From NCBI GenBank assembly GCA_016929135.1, contig JAFGJK010000142.1, positions 2,059-66,058 of the forward strand: a stretch of 64,000 nt of DNA, given 5' to 3'. The notes under the pieces are model-generated. The model saw nothing but the letters and a program-made list of their open reading frames with translations, was not told the DNA's origin and made no database searches. This DNA comes from Spirochaetota bacterium (GTDB lineage: Bacteria; Spirochaetota; UBA4802; UBA5550). The position numbers and the translations under genes were made by a program. This document shows positions 63,742 to 64,000 of the stretch, piece after piece (positions within the stretch are counted from its first letter, which is position 1; each line of letters starts with the position of its first letter).

Positions 63742-64000
63742 TCATGTCCCGATCAGCACCTCCTCGATTTTCTTCACCAGGTCGGAGGGGAGGAATGGCT
63801 TCGGCAGGAAATTGTCGCCGTCGCCGATCAGCCCCTGCTCCCCTATCGTCTGGCCCGTGTATCCGGACATGAAGAGCACCCTGATCCCCGGACAGATGCC
63901 GGTGATGCGGCGGGCGAGCTCGGCGCCGTTCATGCCGGGGAGTATCACGTCGGTGAGCATCAGGTGGATGTCCCCGCCGTAGCGCTCGCACATCTCAATG
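63742..64000 (-). CDS. Response-regulator receiver domain protein, N-terminus beyond the window edge
   Basis: HLMLTDVILPGMNG (phospho-acceptor Asp region), VLFMSGY and LPKPF are classic CheY-like receiver motifs. Confidence 0.8.
   Translation of the reverse strand, partial: IEMCERYGGDIHLMLTDVILPGMNGAELARRITGICPGIRVLFMSGYTGQTIGEQGLIGDGDNFLPKPFLPSDLVKKIEEVLIGT

Noticed and set aside
1-64000. A search by eye for CRISPR arrays, rRNA genes, transposases or IS inverted repeats, toxin-antitoxin pairs and known anti-phage defence genes.
   Set aside because: No regularly spaced direct repeats, no rRNA-like sequence and no transposase or DDE motifs were seen. The only mobility-related sequence is the truncated integrase at 32699-32989.

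Overview
This is a 64-kb bacterial window with two visibly different halves. GC content was judged by eye only and was not computed.

Left half (1-32.7 kb). This half is more A/T-rich and compositionally patchy, and almost every gene is on the + strand. It reads as an accessory mosaic.
- It carries four paralogous AraC-type regulators, each with a polytopic (about 7-TM) N-terminal domain, and each sits next to a small catabolic or hydrolase operon.
- A conserved roughly 48-bp promoter/operator-like element recurs four times with fixed internal spacing.
- A three-gene module (membrane-anchored MBL hydrolase A, MBL hydrolase B, and a 35-codon hydrophobic ORF) is present in two diverged copies about 16 kb apart.
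- Its gene clusters are (i) MFS / GlcD-like FAD oxidase / CCG Fe-S protein / GlpD-like dehydrogenase / FGGY kinase / LarA-like / SMP-30 lactonase; (ii) HXXEE protein / MBL / alpha-beta hydrolase / MCP; and (iii) PreA-like flavoprotein / amidohydrolase / HXXEE protein / RpiB / DhaK / DhaL / Fsa-type aldolase.
- The mosaic ends at a truncated tyrosine-integrase remnant next to tRNA-Val(CAC).

Right half (33.3-64 kb). This half is GC-rich.
- Its most unusual locus is a translationally coupled operon: VanW, a secreted AMMECR1-like protein, a 1781-aa thioester (CVEQ) alpha-2-macroglobulin, and a SpoIID::penicillin-binding-transpeptidase fusion.
- A 1759-aa Ser/Thr-kinase / AAA-STAND / TPR / GAF / PP2C(SpoIIE) protein lies divergent from a Cys-rich small ORF plus a STAS anti-sigma-antagonist.
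- An envelope cluster follows: a frameshifted BNR-like lipoprotein, an OMP-like protein, an SH3b lipoprotein and DedA.
- The remainder is housekeeping-type genes: GrpB, YidB, IlvE, TrmB, Cfa, TetR, a methyltransferase, a CDGSH protein, an MFS transporter and a partial response regulator.

I found no rRNA, no CRISPR array and no intact IS element or transposase. All functional calls come from motif recognition by eye in the supplied translations. No database search was run.
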